Shown: positions 41,227-54,654 of the stretch, in pieces
Layout: every line of letters starts with the position of its first letter
Position numbering within the stretch: position 1 is the stretch's first letter
Assembly: GCA_951406725.2 (NCBI GenBank)
Contig: OX597831.1
Location: 22,072,001 to 22,136,000 of the forward strand
Direction of reading: 5' to 3'
DNA length: 64,000 bases
From: Octopus vulgaris
Lineage: Eukaryota
The notes under the pieces: generated by a model
Seen by the model: the letters and a program-made list of their open reading frames with translations, nothing else
Database searches by the model: none
What the model was told of the DNA's origin: nothing
Program-made: the position numbers and the translations under genes

Positions 41227-41481
41227 AGGAAAGAAGGAGGGGAAAGAAGGAAGGAAGGAAGGAAGGGAGATATCGACGAGAGACTTCTAACCAATATTGT
41301 ACACCATTGCCTTCTAACCAATCTGGTACTAAAAAAGGAATTTTGATTATCTTTTAATAGATTCTGCTATAATAAGCTGCCGAAAATGTCAAATAACTTT
41401 TGTTATATTTACGTCAAACAGATTTTATTCTTCCGAGAGTGACAACCAGGTTTTCCTTACGCCCACTAACAACAATAACGA

Positions 41482-41512
<31 letters not shown>

Positions 41513-41534
41513 AACAACAACAACAACAAATGAT

Positions 41535-42220
41535 AATCCTTTCTACTAAGGGCACAAGCCCTGAAATTTGGAAGGACCGCAGTGTTTCACTAGTTTGTAA
41601 TTTAATGATCCCGAACGGATGACAAGCAAAGTCAACCGTGGCGGAATTTGAAATCAGGACGTAGTAGAAGCACACGAAATTACTACCCACAAGGGGCTAA
41701 ACACAGAGAGGACAAACAAGGACAGACAAACGGATTAAGTCGATTATATCGACCCCAGTGCGTAACTGGTATTTGTTTAATCGTCCCCGAAAAGATGAAA
41801 GGCAAAGTCGACCTCGGCAGAATTTGAACTCAGAACGTAGCGGCAGATGAAATACCTATTTCTTTACAAACCACAAGGGGCTAAACACAGAGAGGACAAA
41901 CAAGGACAGACAAACGGATTAAGTCGATTATATCGACCCCAGTGCGTAACTGGTACTTGTTTAATCGACCCCGAAAGGATGAAAGGTAAAGTCGGCCTCG
42001 ACGGAATTTGAACTCCAAACGTAGCTAAGCATTTCGCCCAGCGTACTAACGATGCTGCCAGCTTGCCAATCCAATATTAATAATAAGCATTTCTGCCATA
42101 GGCACAAAGCCTGAAATTTGAGGGAGGAGAATAGTCGATTACATCGACCCCAGTATACGACTGGTACCTATTTTATTGACCCCGAAACGATGAAAGGCAC
42201 AGTCGATCCCGGCGGGAATG
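41535..42220 (-). mobile_element. Cluster of family A SINE units
   Basis: Same unit repeated. Junction GAAATACC|TATTTCTTTA near 41856. Confidence 0.85.
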
Positions 42221-42515
42221 ATGATGATAATCTGACGGACTCTCCAGTCGAAGACGACGTATGAGCGTATGAGCGGTTTTTGCCGGGCGACCTGCACAAA
42301 TGATTCGTTTATTGTGATCAAATGTATGCGCCGCATGCGAGCTCACTCCTTCCATCAAATCGACGTTGCCTGAAGAGGTGCGCCGTGTGCCACGCGTCAG
42401 GTGTCAAAGTGATGGCAAAGCTACGAGAGATCAAGTGTTTTGCTCAAGAACACAACGTACCACTAGGTCTAGGAACTGAAACCAATGACCGCTACTACTA
42501 CTAACTGAAACCAAG

Positions 42516-42615
<100 letters not shown>

Positions 42616-42638
42616 GGTGGTGGTGGTGGTGGTAGTAA

Positions 42639-42727
<89 letters not shown>

Positions 42728-42734
42728 ATAATTG

Positions 42735-43256
42735 ACCTGATACAATACAAGGCAGTGGCTCTCAGTGGCTGTGATTGAAAGTGTTATCATGTACATTGTT
42801 TTGTCTTGGTATAAAAGATGGATTACAGCAAATATTCTGCTCAATACCACAGATTTGCTTGTCAGTTGCTTAACCTTAACCAGTTGAGCATGTATCTTAA
42901 TGGATGATATTATGTGCATCTCTGATCACGAGAAGACGTAGTGGAGGAGCATCATAGCCTTGTGTTGAGAGGAATTCTTTAAGGTTTGAATAATTCACCT
43001 CTTGAAACATGGGTGTTTTGTTCATCATCCTTAAACAAACCTTATTCAAGGACCTTTTGGGCGGATGGGCTACTCAACCTGAAAAATTCTAACTGGGCCC
43101 CACCTGCAAGGTCATGCGCTATTTACCTTGATATAAGATCACCATGTTGCGCACACGTGGTTGTGATGCATGTGACGGGTAGTAATGATGGGTATATTGG
43201 GCATCGTATAATTGTACCCGAGTGTCACTTTGATGATATGCACTGCTTTCTCACTC

Positions 43257-43257
<1 letters not shown>
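42735..43257 (+). mobile_element. Family C element
   Basis: Colinear with 49541-50096. Followed by (AAT)n. Confidence 0.85.
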
Positions 43258-43322
<65 letters not shown>

Positions 43323-43323
<1 letters not shown>

Positions 43324-44286
43324 GCCAAGAAAAACCTCTCTATGGAAAATACCCAAAGAGAGCGAATAATGCAGATGTTGACAAAGCCCTGACTCATCAA
43401 TGGCTAATGGCCTCAGGCTTAAAATCTGAAACAGAAGGGTTTATCATAGCAGCTCAAGATCAATGCCTACCAACAAGGAACTACCAGGCCAATATATTAA
43501 AGAACGGCAGTAGCCCAACATGTCGTGTATGTCAACAACAAAATGAAACCATTGATCATGTTGTCTCCAAGTGCAGTCTTCTAGCGCTTACAGAGTATCT
43601 CAACAGGCATGATAGAGCTGCACAATATATTCACTGGGTAATCTGCAAAAACCTGGATTTGCCCCATGAAAAAAACTGGTGGGAACACAAAACACCTCCA
43701 GTGCTTGTAAATGACCACATCTCACTCCTCTGGAACTTCACCATTCAAACTGACAGAAATATAGATGCAAATAGGCCAGACATCATATTGAAAGACTTCA
43801 AACAAAGAACATGTCTCCTCATTGATATGACTGTCCCCCAATGGATATAAACGTATCTGTCAAGACCTACCAAAAACTGAGCAAATATAAAGATCTTGAA
43901 ATAGAAATCAGCAAAATGTGGAACCTGAAGACTAAAACAATACCTGTTGTCATAGGTGCCCTGGGAATGATAGCAAAAGGGGCTGATCGCTACCTAACTC
44001 AGATACCAGGAAACCCCAAAATGGCAGAAATTCAAAAGATAGTGCTCATGGGAACTGCTCATATTCTACGCAAAATACTTTGTATGTAATCTCAAGTTTT
44101 AAAACAAACATAATTTTCGGTTTTTTTTTTATTTTGACATTCACTAGTACAACACAAAATACAAAACCAAATATATGGCACACTAGGCATAACAACATCA
44201 CGAACTTCCAACCTGTTGACTCTTGAGGTCTCCGGTTGAGACTTGGAGCCAACTTGTACAAATATAAAGCAAAAGTCAAACATATG
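43323..44286 (+). mobile_element. 5'-truncated R4/Dong-type LINE (zinc knuckle, RLE endonuclease, 3' UTR) inside (AAT)n
   Basis: LKSETEGFIIAAQDQCL.T.NY, CRVCQQQNETIDHVVSKC, RHD, NRPDI..CLLID, one frameshift, then KLSKYKDL..VIGALG. Confidence 0.93.
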
Positions 44287-44354
<68 letters not shown>

Positions 44355-44357
<3 letters not shown>

Positions 44358-44525
44358 GAACAGTGGAAATGTATGGAGTAGTAGAGAATATGAGAAGCCT
44401 TATATGGAATAGCTTGAAATGCTGGAGAACGGAATTGACAGCAGGAAAGCAAGTGCTAGGAGAGGTGAAAATCAAGAGAGGAATCTCCCGAGGGGAGAGT
44501 GTAATCTTACTGATCTTCGCGCTAA
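44355..44525 (+). mobile_element. Short R4-type RT fragment
   Basis: MEMYGV.ENM..I.NS..CWRTEL..LGEVKIKRGI. Confidence 0.65.
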
Positions 44526-44778
44526 AGACAACAAATGGAATCTAAAATAACTGACAAAGTGTTGGACTATATACGAATAAGTAATACTCATTAAAATTTA
44601 TTTCTATTTTCCGAATGAAACGATGTGTTTTAACTGTGTGTCACTTCCGTCACTTCAAAACACGTGTAAACGCGCTTGCCACTCTGACAAAACGCTGGAC
44701 TACACTCGAGTAAGTAATACTCATTAAAATTTTTTGAAATGTATCCGAGTAAGTACATATCACAAACACGTAAGTATA

Positions 44779-45005
44779 CTCTTTTACTCTTTTACTCTTT
44801 TATTTGTTTCAGTCATATGACTGCGGCCATGCTGGAGCACCGCCTTTAATCGAGCAACTCGACCCCGGGACTTATTCTTTTGTAAGCCCAGTACTTATTC
44901 TATCGGTCTCTTTTGCCGAACCGCTAAGTAACGGGGACATAAACACACCAGCATCGGTTGTCAAGCAATGCTAGGGGGACAAACACAGACACACAAACAC
45001 ATACA

Positions 45006-45041
<36 letters not shown>

Positions 45042-45213
45042 CATACATACGACGGACTTCTTTCAGTTTCCGTCTACCAAATCCACTCACAAGACTTTGG
45101 TCAGCCCGAGGCTATAGCAGAAGACACTTGCCCAAGGTGCTAAGCAGTGGGACTGAACCCGGAATCATGTGGTTGGTAAACAAGCTACTTACCACACAGC
45201 CACTCCTGCGCCT
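44779..45213 (-). mobile_element. SINE family B, full length
   Basis: Complete reverse copy. Confidence 0.92.
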
Positions 45214-45560
45214 ATGTAAACTAATTAATTACATATACACCCCAGGTTTACATTAACACATTTAAATATTTCAAAATAACATTAAATAATGTATAAACAA
45301 GTGCACACACATACATAAGCAAATTGAATAAAAGCAAACACAAGAACTAGTCATTATTGATCACAACAGCATTAAACACATATATATACACTCCACAGTA
45401 TTAAACAAATATATACCCCCACGGTGCTCTATCAAATTCTGTACGCTAATAGATAAGACCCGGAGCCTAGTACTAACACGAGATAGTTAATGACAGCCAA
45501 AACACATGTTGCATCAGAGGAAATATTAACAATGACAAATAATAGAATATGAAAAGGACA

Positions 45561-45615
<55 letters not shown>

Positions 45616-45641
45616 TAATAATAATAATAATAATGATGATG

Positions 45642-45672
<31 letters not shown>

Positions 45673-45759
45673 CAACAACAATAATAATAATAATAATGAT
45701 AATAATAATAATAATGATGATAATCATAATAATAATAATAACAACAACAACAACAACAA

Positions 45760-45821
<62 letters not shown>

Positions 45822-45828
45822 CAACAAC

Positions 45829-45896
<68 letters not shown>

Positions 45897-45898
<2 letters not shown>

Positions 45899-48800
45899 GA
45901 GGGAAGCGGTTGGAATCTCCCCATCTAGTGATGGTGTCACACTAAAAACACTGGTAACTGCGCAACCTGATAGCCGCTACTTCATATGAGTGACAATGAA
46001 AAAACGAAATATTGTGAATAACGGTGGTAATGAAACTGAAGCCCTTGATGGTGACAGTGTTGCACTCGGCAGGCTCGGAGATACTGATCTGGCTCCAGCC
46101 TGTCGTTATCCAGTAATGGACCAGCAAACACGGCGTAGATGGAACAAACAAGTCAATGCTGTGGTCAAACAGTGTTACTACCTGAGCAACCCTGTAGACG
46201 AAGATGCTAATATTAGTGTTAATATTAAGGGATACCGACATCGTATCAATGGAGAGAAAGAGGATTCCTTCAAATCACGGAACAGAGATTACGTGTTCAA
46301 GCTAGAGCAATAAGAAAAAAATGTTGGTTCACAGAAGTAGAACTCGAGGCTATCAAAAGACGGGTATTGGAAAACAGCAGCATAGGAAACGATGAAAATA
46401 CAGTTCTTACTGATAAAGGTAATCTCATAGCAGGAAACAGAAGTGAGATCTCTAATAAACCACAGGAAAGGAATACTGAAAGTTTTCTCAATGAGAGACA
46501 TATGGATGGTATGGAAGAAAACAATAAAACTAATGGTGACATAACAGATGGGTAAAAGGCAATCTACGACATAATAAAGGCAAGGCTAGGGGAGAATGAT
46601 AGCGACATTATTTGTAACCTTAAAAAGGTTGATCAGTGGAAATTGAACCAAGAAACGAAAAATGTGAATGGAATTCTGAAATACATCATAACAAAATCAT
46701 CACAGAAACAGATAATTTGATCAAGGCAGCAAGTACTGTTGTAGCAGAAAATGTGTTGATGTGAAGAAAAAGAAATATAATGGGAGTGACAAAAGAAAAA
46801 GTATCCATAGTGGAAAAGAAGAATACAGGCGGGGTTAGATATGTTCTTGAAGGACATTTCTATGTTAGACCGAATAGAGAAGTTAAGGCTTAAAAGTGTA
46901 CAAAAATACTGGGCACTGAACAGGAAGTATGATATTGAAAGAAAGGGCCTGAAAGTGGTAATAGAGGAACTGAAACAGCGCTTCGTTGCAAAGAAAGCAA
47001 AAATAGAAAGATGCGACCAAAGAATAAAGGGGAACCAGCAGAATAGGTTATTCAGAGTAGATCAGAAGAGATTCTACAAAGAAATAAATGGAGAGTGTAC
47101 AGATGAAAAGTTGATACCAGATGACATCGAAAGTCAAAGGTTTTGGAGTGACATCTGGAGCAAAGACAAGGAGCACAAGAAGAATGCTGGATGGTTGCAA
47201 GAACTGAAACAAGCAGTAGTCTCTCGATAACAGGTAGTACCAGTCATTTTAGTTAGGGAAGTGAAGGAAAGCAGCAAAAAAAGAAAACGGCAACTGGAAA
47301 GCCTCGGGACCAGATGGAGTTCAAGGCTACTGGATCAAAAGGTTTGGTGAATGTCATGCACAAATAGCTGCACAACTCAACACCGTGTTAAATGCCGACC
47401 AATTAACACCAGAGTTGTTGACAATGGGTAGGAGAGTGATGTGCTTTGAAAACATTCAAAAAGCCATACGCTAGACAATTACAGGCCGATATCCTACTTG
47501 CCACTTATCTGGAAATTATTGACTGGAATAGTCGCAGAGTTAATGCACGGACATCTGGTAAAAATTGAGTCCTGCCACATAAGCAGAAGCGGGGCAAGCG
47601 TAAGTGCAGAGGTACCAAGGATCAACTCCTGGTAGACAAAACTGTACACAGAGACTGCAAGAGGAGGAAAAATAAGTTAGCCATGTCATTGATCGATTAT
47701 CGAAAGACATACGATATGATCCCACATTCTTGGATTATGGAATGTATGAAGCTATTTGGTATTGCATCGAATGTCGAGCGATTGCTTGGAAAAAGTATGG
47801 CGAAGTGGAGGACGGAACTGATAGCATATGGAAGAGGTTTAGGGACAATAGAAATCAGGAGAGGCATCTTCTCAGGGGACTGCCCGTCCCCACTGATCTT
47901 TGTGCTGTGCATTAACACTGATTCTGAGGAAAGCAATGGCTGGGTGTATATTCAAGAGCAGCCAACAAAAAATAAACCACTTGTTATTCATAGATGATCT
48001 CAAACTTTATGGTAAAGATGAAGCCCAAGTCAGTTCCCTCGTTGATGCGGTGTATACTCGCATTGCTGATATCAGAATGGAGTTCGGACTGAAAAAGTGT
48101 GGTGTGTTAGTCTTGAAGAGAGGCAAAATTAAATGTATGGACGGGCTAGTAATACCGTTGGGGGAGGTTATAGAGCAAATAGAAGAGACGGGCAATAAGT
48201 ACTTGGAGATATTGGAAATGGATAAATTAATGGAGAAAGAAATGACAGAAAAATTTAAGGTGTAGTACTTGCGCAGACTGAGACTGATCCTTAAGTCAAA
48301 ATTAAACGAACGGAATAAGATTGAATCTAGCAACACATGGGCGGTTTCACTCCTTAGATATGGAGCAGAGGTAATCGCATGGACAGTAATGAATTAAACA
48401 GCTTAGACAGAAAGACAAGTAAGTTGCTGAGTAGATATGGGATAGTCCATCCAAAAAATGACACAGACACACTGTATGTACCAAGAAAAAGAGGGGGAAG
48501 GGGACTAATTGGATGCGAACACAGCATTAGAGCAAAAGAAAACAACATAACATTGTATACAAGAAATGCCACAGAACCATAATTTTTGGAAGTAAGAATG
48601 TCAGGCTTGTATAGGATGGAAGATTGCAAAGATAAAGCACTGTAAAAGCACTTGAGAATGAATGCAAATGAAAATAGGTGGATAAAGAAAATAATGCATG
48701 GACAATTTCATGGGAAAGCTGGAAGATAAGACAGACAGAGAAAAAAGATGGCTATGGATGACTATAAGTGATTTAAAACCGGAAACGGAGCCTGTAATCT

Positions 48801-49432
48801 GTGCTGCCCAAGAGCAAGCGTTATGAACCAATTACGTCAAATACAGAATAGATAACACGTCAGAAAGTGATAATTGCAGAAAGAGTGGACAAAATCGTGA
48901 AACCGTATGGCATATTGCCAGTCATTGTACGCCACAAGCCCAGAAAGAGTATAAGAGATGTCATGACAACATACCAAGGAATATTCATTGTATACTTTGC
49001 AACAAGTATGATGAACTTGAGAGAGCAAAAAAAGTGGTACAAACATAATCGAGAAGGCATCGTCGAAAATGATTATGCCAAGGAACTATGGGATTTTATG
49101 ATTCAGTGCGACCATGAGATAGAGAATAGGAAACCAGACATGGTGTTAATTGAGAGAGAAAGCAAACGATGTTGGATCATAGATATAGCATACCCAGCCG
49201 ACAACGAGGTATGCGATGAGGAAGAAAGAAAAGTCGATAGATATGACAGGTTAGCTTGGGAGGTTAAGTAGTTGTTGCCGATGAAAAAGGTGGTAGTAGT
49301 ACCAATAATTGTCGGAGCCCTGGGAATAGTGAATAAAAATTCTTGAGAAGTACATGGAACAAACAGGGGCTGCAATAAGAGTGGAGCACTTGCAGAAAAC
49401 AACACTGGTTGGAAACGCTGTGCAAAGGCAAT
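45897..49432 (+). mobile_element. Near full-length degenerate R4/Dong-clade non-LTR retrotransposon inserted in (AAT)n
   Basis: N-terminus RRRWN..N..V..CYYLSNP..GYR, TEQRL, QNRLF..DQKRFY, NWKA.GPDGVQGYW.K, NYRPI, GTKDQL, IDYRK.YDMIPHSW, RRGIF.GD..SPL.F, INHLLFIDDLKLY, LYVPRKRGGRGL, RKPD..IIDIA, VPIIVGALG. Many stops and frameshifts. Confidence 0.93.
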
Positions 49433-49434
49433 AA

Positions 49435-49523
<89 letters not shown>

Positions 49524-49540
49524 TAATAATAATAATAAAA

Positions 49541-50209
<669 letters not shown>

Positions 50210-50462
50210 AAGAAGAAGAAGAAATATTGAAACAAAAAGGCGTCGGCGGTGGCGGTGACGACGGTGGTGTTTAACCATTGGCCATCCGTGGCTGATCATA
50301 CCTATTTGCGATTAGAAGCATAAAAGCTTTTACAATCCTGATTTTATATTGTCTAATGTGTTCCTGTTCTGATGTGACTGTGAATGGGTGAGATTTGAAC
50401 CCAGAATCTATGGAGGAAAAAGTACATACTATATAGATCTGAGCAAATTTAAACAGTTTAAT

Positions 50463-50888
50463 AGGCGCAGGAGTGGCTGTGTGGTAAGTAGCTTGCTAAC
50501 CAACCACATGGTTCCGGGTTCAGTCCCACTGCGTGGAATCTTGGGCAAGTGTCTTCTGCTATAGCCCCGGGCCGACCAATGCCTTGTGAGTGGATTTGGT
50601 AGACGGAAACTGAAAGAAACCCGTCATATATATGTATATATATATATATGCGTGTGTGTGTTTGTGTGTTTGCGTGTCTGTGTTTGTTCCCCTAGCATTG
50701 CTTGACAACCGATGCTGGTGTGTTTACGTCCCCGTTACTTAACGGTTCGGCAAAAAGAGACCGATAGAATAAGTACTGGGCTCACAAAAAGAATAAGTCC
50801 CGGGGTCGAGTTGCTCGACTAAAGGCGGTGCTCCAGCATGGCCGCAGTCAAATGACTGAAACAAGTAAAAGAGTAAAAGAGTAAAGAG
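50463..50888 (+). mobile_element. SINE family B, full length
   Basis: Complete copy with (GTAAAAGA)n end. Confidence 0.93.
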
Positions 50889-51261
50889 AGAGTTTACAGT
50901 CTCCAATTTCATCAAGAAACAGACGATGTCAGTTTTAAGGGAGGTTACTCTTTACGTTAACGGGGTATAACTCTTGATGCTAATCTAAGGGACATAACTC
51001 TAATTGTCCTAAATTTTATTTTTCCTTTTCTGCTAAAATTTCCGGTGCGTAGTCATTGATATAAAGTTTATATGATAAACGATAAACTATGTATATACCT
51101 ATAAATTATTGAAACAATATATTAAACTGCAAATATATGATATGATAATATATATAATCGCAGGATGGCCGAAACTTTCGATTCACTGTCAGTAATATTC
51201 TTGTTTATGTATAATAAATCTGTTTTTTATAAATGTGAAGAGTAACACATGATATTACAAT

Positions 51262-51600
51262 TTTACTTGTTTCAGTCATTTGACTGTGGCCAACACACAC
51301 ACACTTCCACACACCCACACCCACACTCACACACATACTCACACACACACTCTCACACACACTCGCACACACACACACTAACACACACACACACACTCAC
51401 ACACATTCACACACACACGCTAACACACACTCACACACACACACTAACACACACACACTCACACACACTCACACACACACACACTCACACACACACCCAC
51501 ACACTTACACCCACACCCACACTCACACACACTCTCACACACACTCACATACACACACACTAACACACGCACACACACACTCACACTCACACACACACGC

Positions 51601-51695
<95 letters not shown>

Positions 51696-52060
51696 AATAT
51701 ATACGACGGGCTTCTTTCAGACTCCGTGTACCAAATCCACTCAAAAGGCTCTGGTCGGCCCGAGACTGTAGTAGAAAGCACTTGCCCAAGGTGCCACTTC
51801 AGTTCCACTACTATAGCCTCGGGCCGACCAAAGCCTTATTGTTTTTTTAATAGCTGAAGATAGAAACAAATATACAACCCCGGGTTCAATCCCACTGCGT
51901 GGCACCTTGTGTATGTGTCTCTTACTTATAGTCTCCGCCCGACCAAAGCCTCGTGAGTGGATTTGGTAGACGGAAACTGAAAGAAGTTCGTTGCATATAT
52001 GTATATATCTATGTTTATGTGAGTCATTCTGTTTCTGTTTGTCCCTCTACCACCGCTTGG
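51262..52060. mobile_element. Rearranged family B fragments in both orientations with a ~400-bp (CA)/(TA) expansion
   Basis: Minus-strand tail at 51262, minus-strand body at 51703-51797, plus-strand fragments at 51805-52060. Confidence 0.75.
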
Positions 52061-52064
52061 TGCA

Positions 52065-52204
52065 GAGAAAGGAGGCAAGTTAGAGGGTGAGAGAAAGAAA
52101 CAATGGGAATGAGGATAAGGGAGAAGTAACGAAAGATAGTGAAGGGTGGAAGAAAGGGGACAGCAGAGGAGGGAAGAGAGGAAAATAAGGAAGATTGTAG
52201 AGGC

Positions 52205-52249
<45 letters not shown>

Positions 52250-52250
52250 G

Positions 52251-52291
<41 letters not shown>

Positions 52292-52565
52292 AAGAGAGAA
52301 AGAAGGAAATAAATAAAGAAAGAAAGAAGGAAAGAAAGAGAGAAAGAGAGAAAGAAAGAGAGAAAGAAAGAGAGAAAGAAAGAGAGAAAGCGAGAAAGAA
52401 AGCGAGAAAGAGTGAAAGAAAGAAAGAAAGAAAGGAGAGAAGGAATCAAACAAAGAGAAAAAGAAAGAGAAAAAGAAAGAGTGAAAGAAAGAGTGAAGGA
52501 AAGAAAGAATGGAAGAAAGAGGGAAAGAAAGAAAGATAGAAAGAAAGAAAGATAGAAAGAAAGAC

Positions 52566-52656
<91 letters not shown>

Positions 52657-52673
52657 CAGAAAGAAAGAAAGAC

Positions 52674-52720
<47 letters not shown>

Positions 52721-52745
52721 AAAAAGAAAGTAAGAAAGGGAATAG
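52065..52745. repeat. (GAAA)n polypurine tract
   Basis: Direct reading. Confidence 0.95.
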
Positions 52746-52918
52746 AGAGTCGCAGAAATTATAAATGGAAGTAGAAACGTACTGTGGACAAGGTTGCATG
52801 GTGTTCGATAATAAATGAATAAAAATATAAAATACATCAAGTACAGGACATCACCAATGAGGGGAAAATACGTAGACCTCACGAGGGATAAGTTTAGGAC
52901 AAATTAGCAAAATATATA

Positions 52919-53144
52919 TATTTCTTTATTGCCCACAAAGGGTCTAAACATAGAGAGGACGAACAAGGACAGACAAAGGGATTAAGTCGATTACATCGAC
53001 TCCAGTGCGAAACTGGTACTTTTTATTCATCGACCCCGAAAGAATGAAAGGCAAAGTCGACCTCGGCGGAATTTGAACTCAGAACGTAACGACAGACGAA
53101 ATACCGCTAAGCATTCCGCCCGGGGCGCTAACGTGTCTGCCAGC
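52919..53144 (-). mobile_element. SINE family A
   Basis: Reverse copy. Confidence 0.9.
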
Positions 53145-53403
53145 AAAAGATATACAATAAGAACAGGACGTCACCAACGAGTGACAAATGCGTAAACACA
53201 TAAGAGACAAGTACAGGACAAACTAATAAAATAAGTCTAATCCCTTCTTCAGGTGTCGACTGTTAATTACTACCTATTTCGAGCTTTCAATAACGATATA
53301 GGAAAACTTCAAAAACAGCAGCTTCCAGAAATCTTTAAAATATAAAATTTCTGGAGATTTAGATCATCGAACGAACAAACAACGACAGAGTGGACGCACA
53401 GAG

Positions 53404-53791
53404 TGGATGGAAGCACTCCGTCGGTTACGACGATGAGGGTTCCGGTTGATCCGAATCAATGGAACAGCCTGCTCGTGAAATTAACGTGTAAGTGGCTGAG
53501 CACTCCACAAACACGTGTACCCTTAACGTAGTTCTCGGGGATATTCAGCGTGACACAGAGAGTGACAAGGCCGGCCCTTTGAAATACAGGTACAACAGAA
53601 ACAGGAAGTAAGAGTGAGAGAAAGTTGTGGTGAAAGAGTACAGCAGGGATCACCACCATCCCCTGCCGGAGCCTCGTGGAGCTTTAGGTATTTTCGCTCA
53701 ATAAACACTCACAATGCCCGGTCTGGGAATCGAAACCGCGATCCTACGACTGCGAGTCCGCTGCTCTAACCACTGGGCTATTGCGCCTCCA
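53404..53791 (-). mobile_element. SINE family E, full length (head fragment also at ~53963-54019)
   Basis: Near-identical to 6435-6818 and 17448-17814. Confidence 0.92.
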
Positions 53792-54654
53792 CACAGACAC
53801 ATACAGGCATATATAGACACAAGTGTGAGTGTGCACGTGCGTTACTAACACATTGATGGTGAAGATGTTTGTAAAGAGAGAAAGAAAGAAGAAGAAGGAG
53901 GAGAGAGGGATATGGGCAAAGCAGTGTATACATTTATACTTTGGTACCGAAGAAAGTAGCTATCTGGGAATCGAAACCGCGAGTCCGCTGCCCTCACCAC
54001 TGGGCCATTGCGACTCCACGCGTACAGAGTACGAAGACAAACATTAAGCGCCGTTAGGCCAAGATTTATCGTAATGGGTAACGCCCATATAAGGAAACGA
54101 GCAAAACGCCCTCCCCCGTCCAATGGACGGTGCTGAGTTGTTAAACATTTAAACCAAATTTTCTCAAAACAACTTGTCGACCGTCCCATAGGCCTCCCCT
54201 TTGAGAAACACTGGTTTAACCTAAATTTGAGACACCAGCAAAAGAAGAAATAAAGATAGACGTTTTTTTCTATTCCAAAGAAAAACGATTTTATTCACAC
54301 AAATATGCAACCGAAGAGTTTAAAATACCAGTAATGATAAGGCTGTTGACTGAGAGAACACAAACATAGTTTAAATAGTAAGCTTGGCAGGAAAGAAATG
54401 TGCCTTTAAGCAGTACAAAAACAACAAAAAATGGAAGGTGCAGTTATGTACAGGTTGACGGAAGAAAAGCAGGACAAAAACGACTTTATCGATCGCATTC
54501 TCACCTGGAATCAATTTTTGCAATTTTTTCAAGACTTATACACGCCCTTATACCGTCGGTATTTACATATCAAATTTGAGCGCAATCGGATGGAGGATGG
54601 CCGAAATCCGAGAAGACACACACACACAGAACGGACTTAGATGGGCTATATAGA

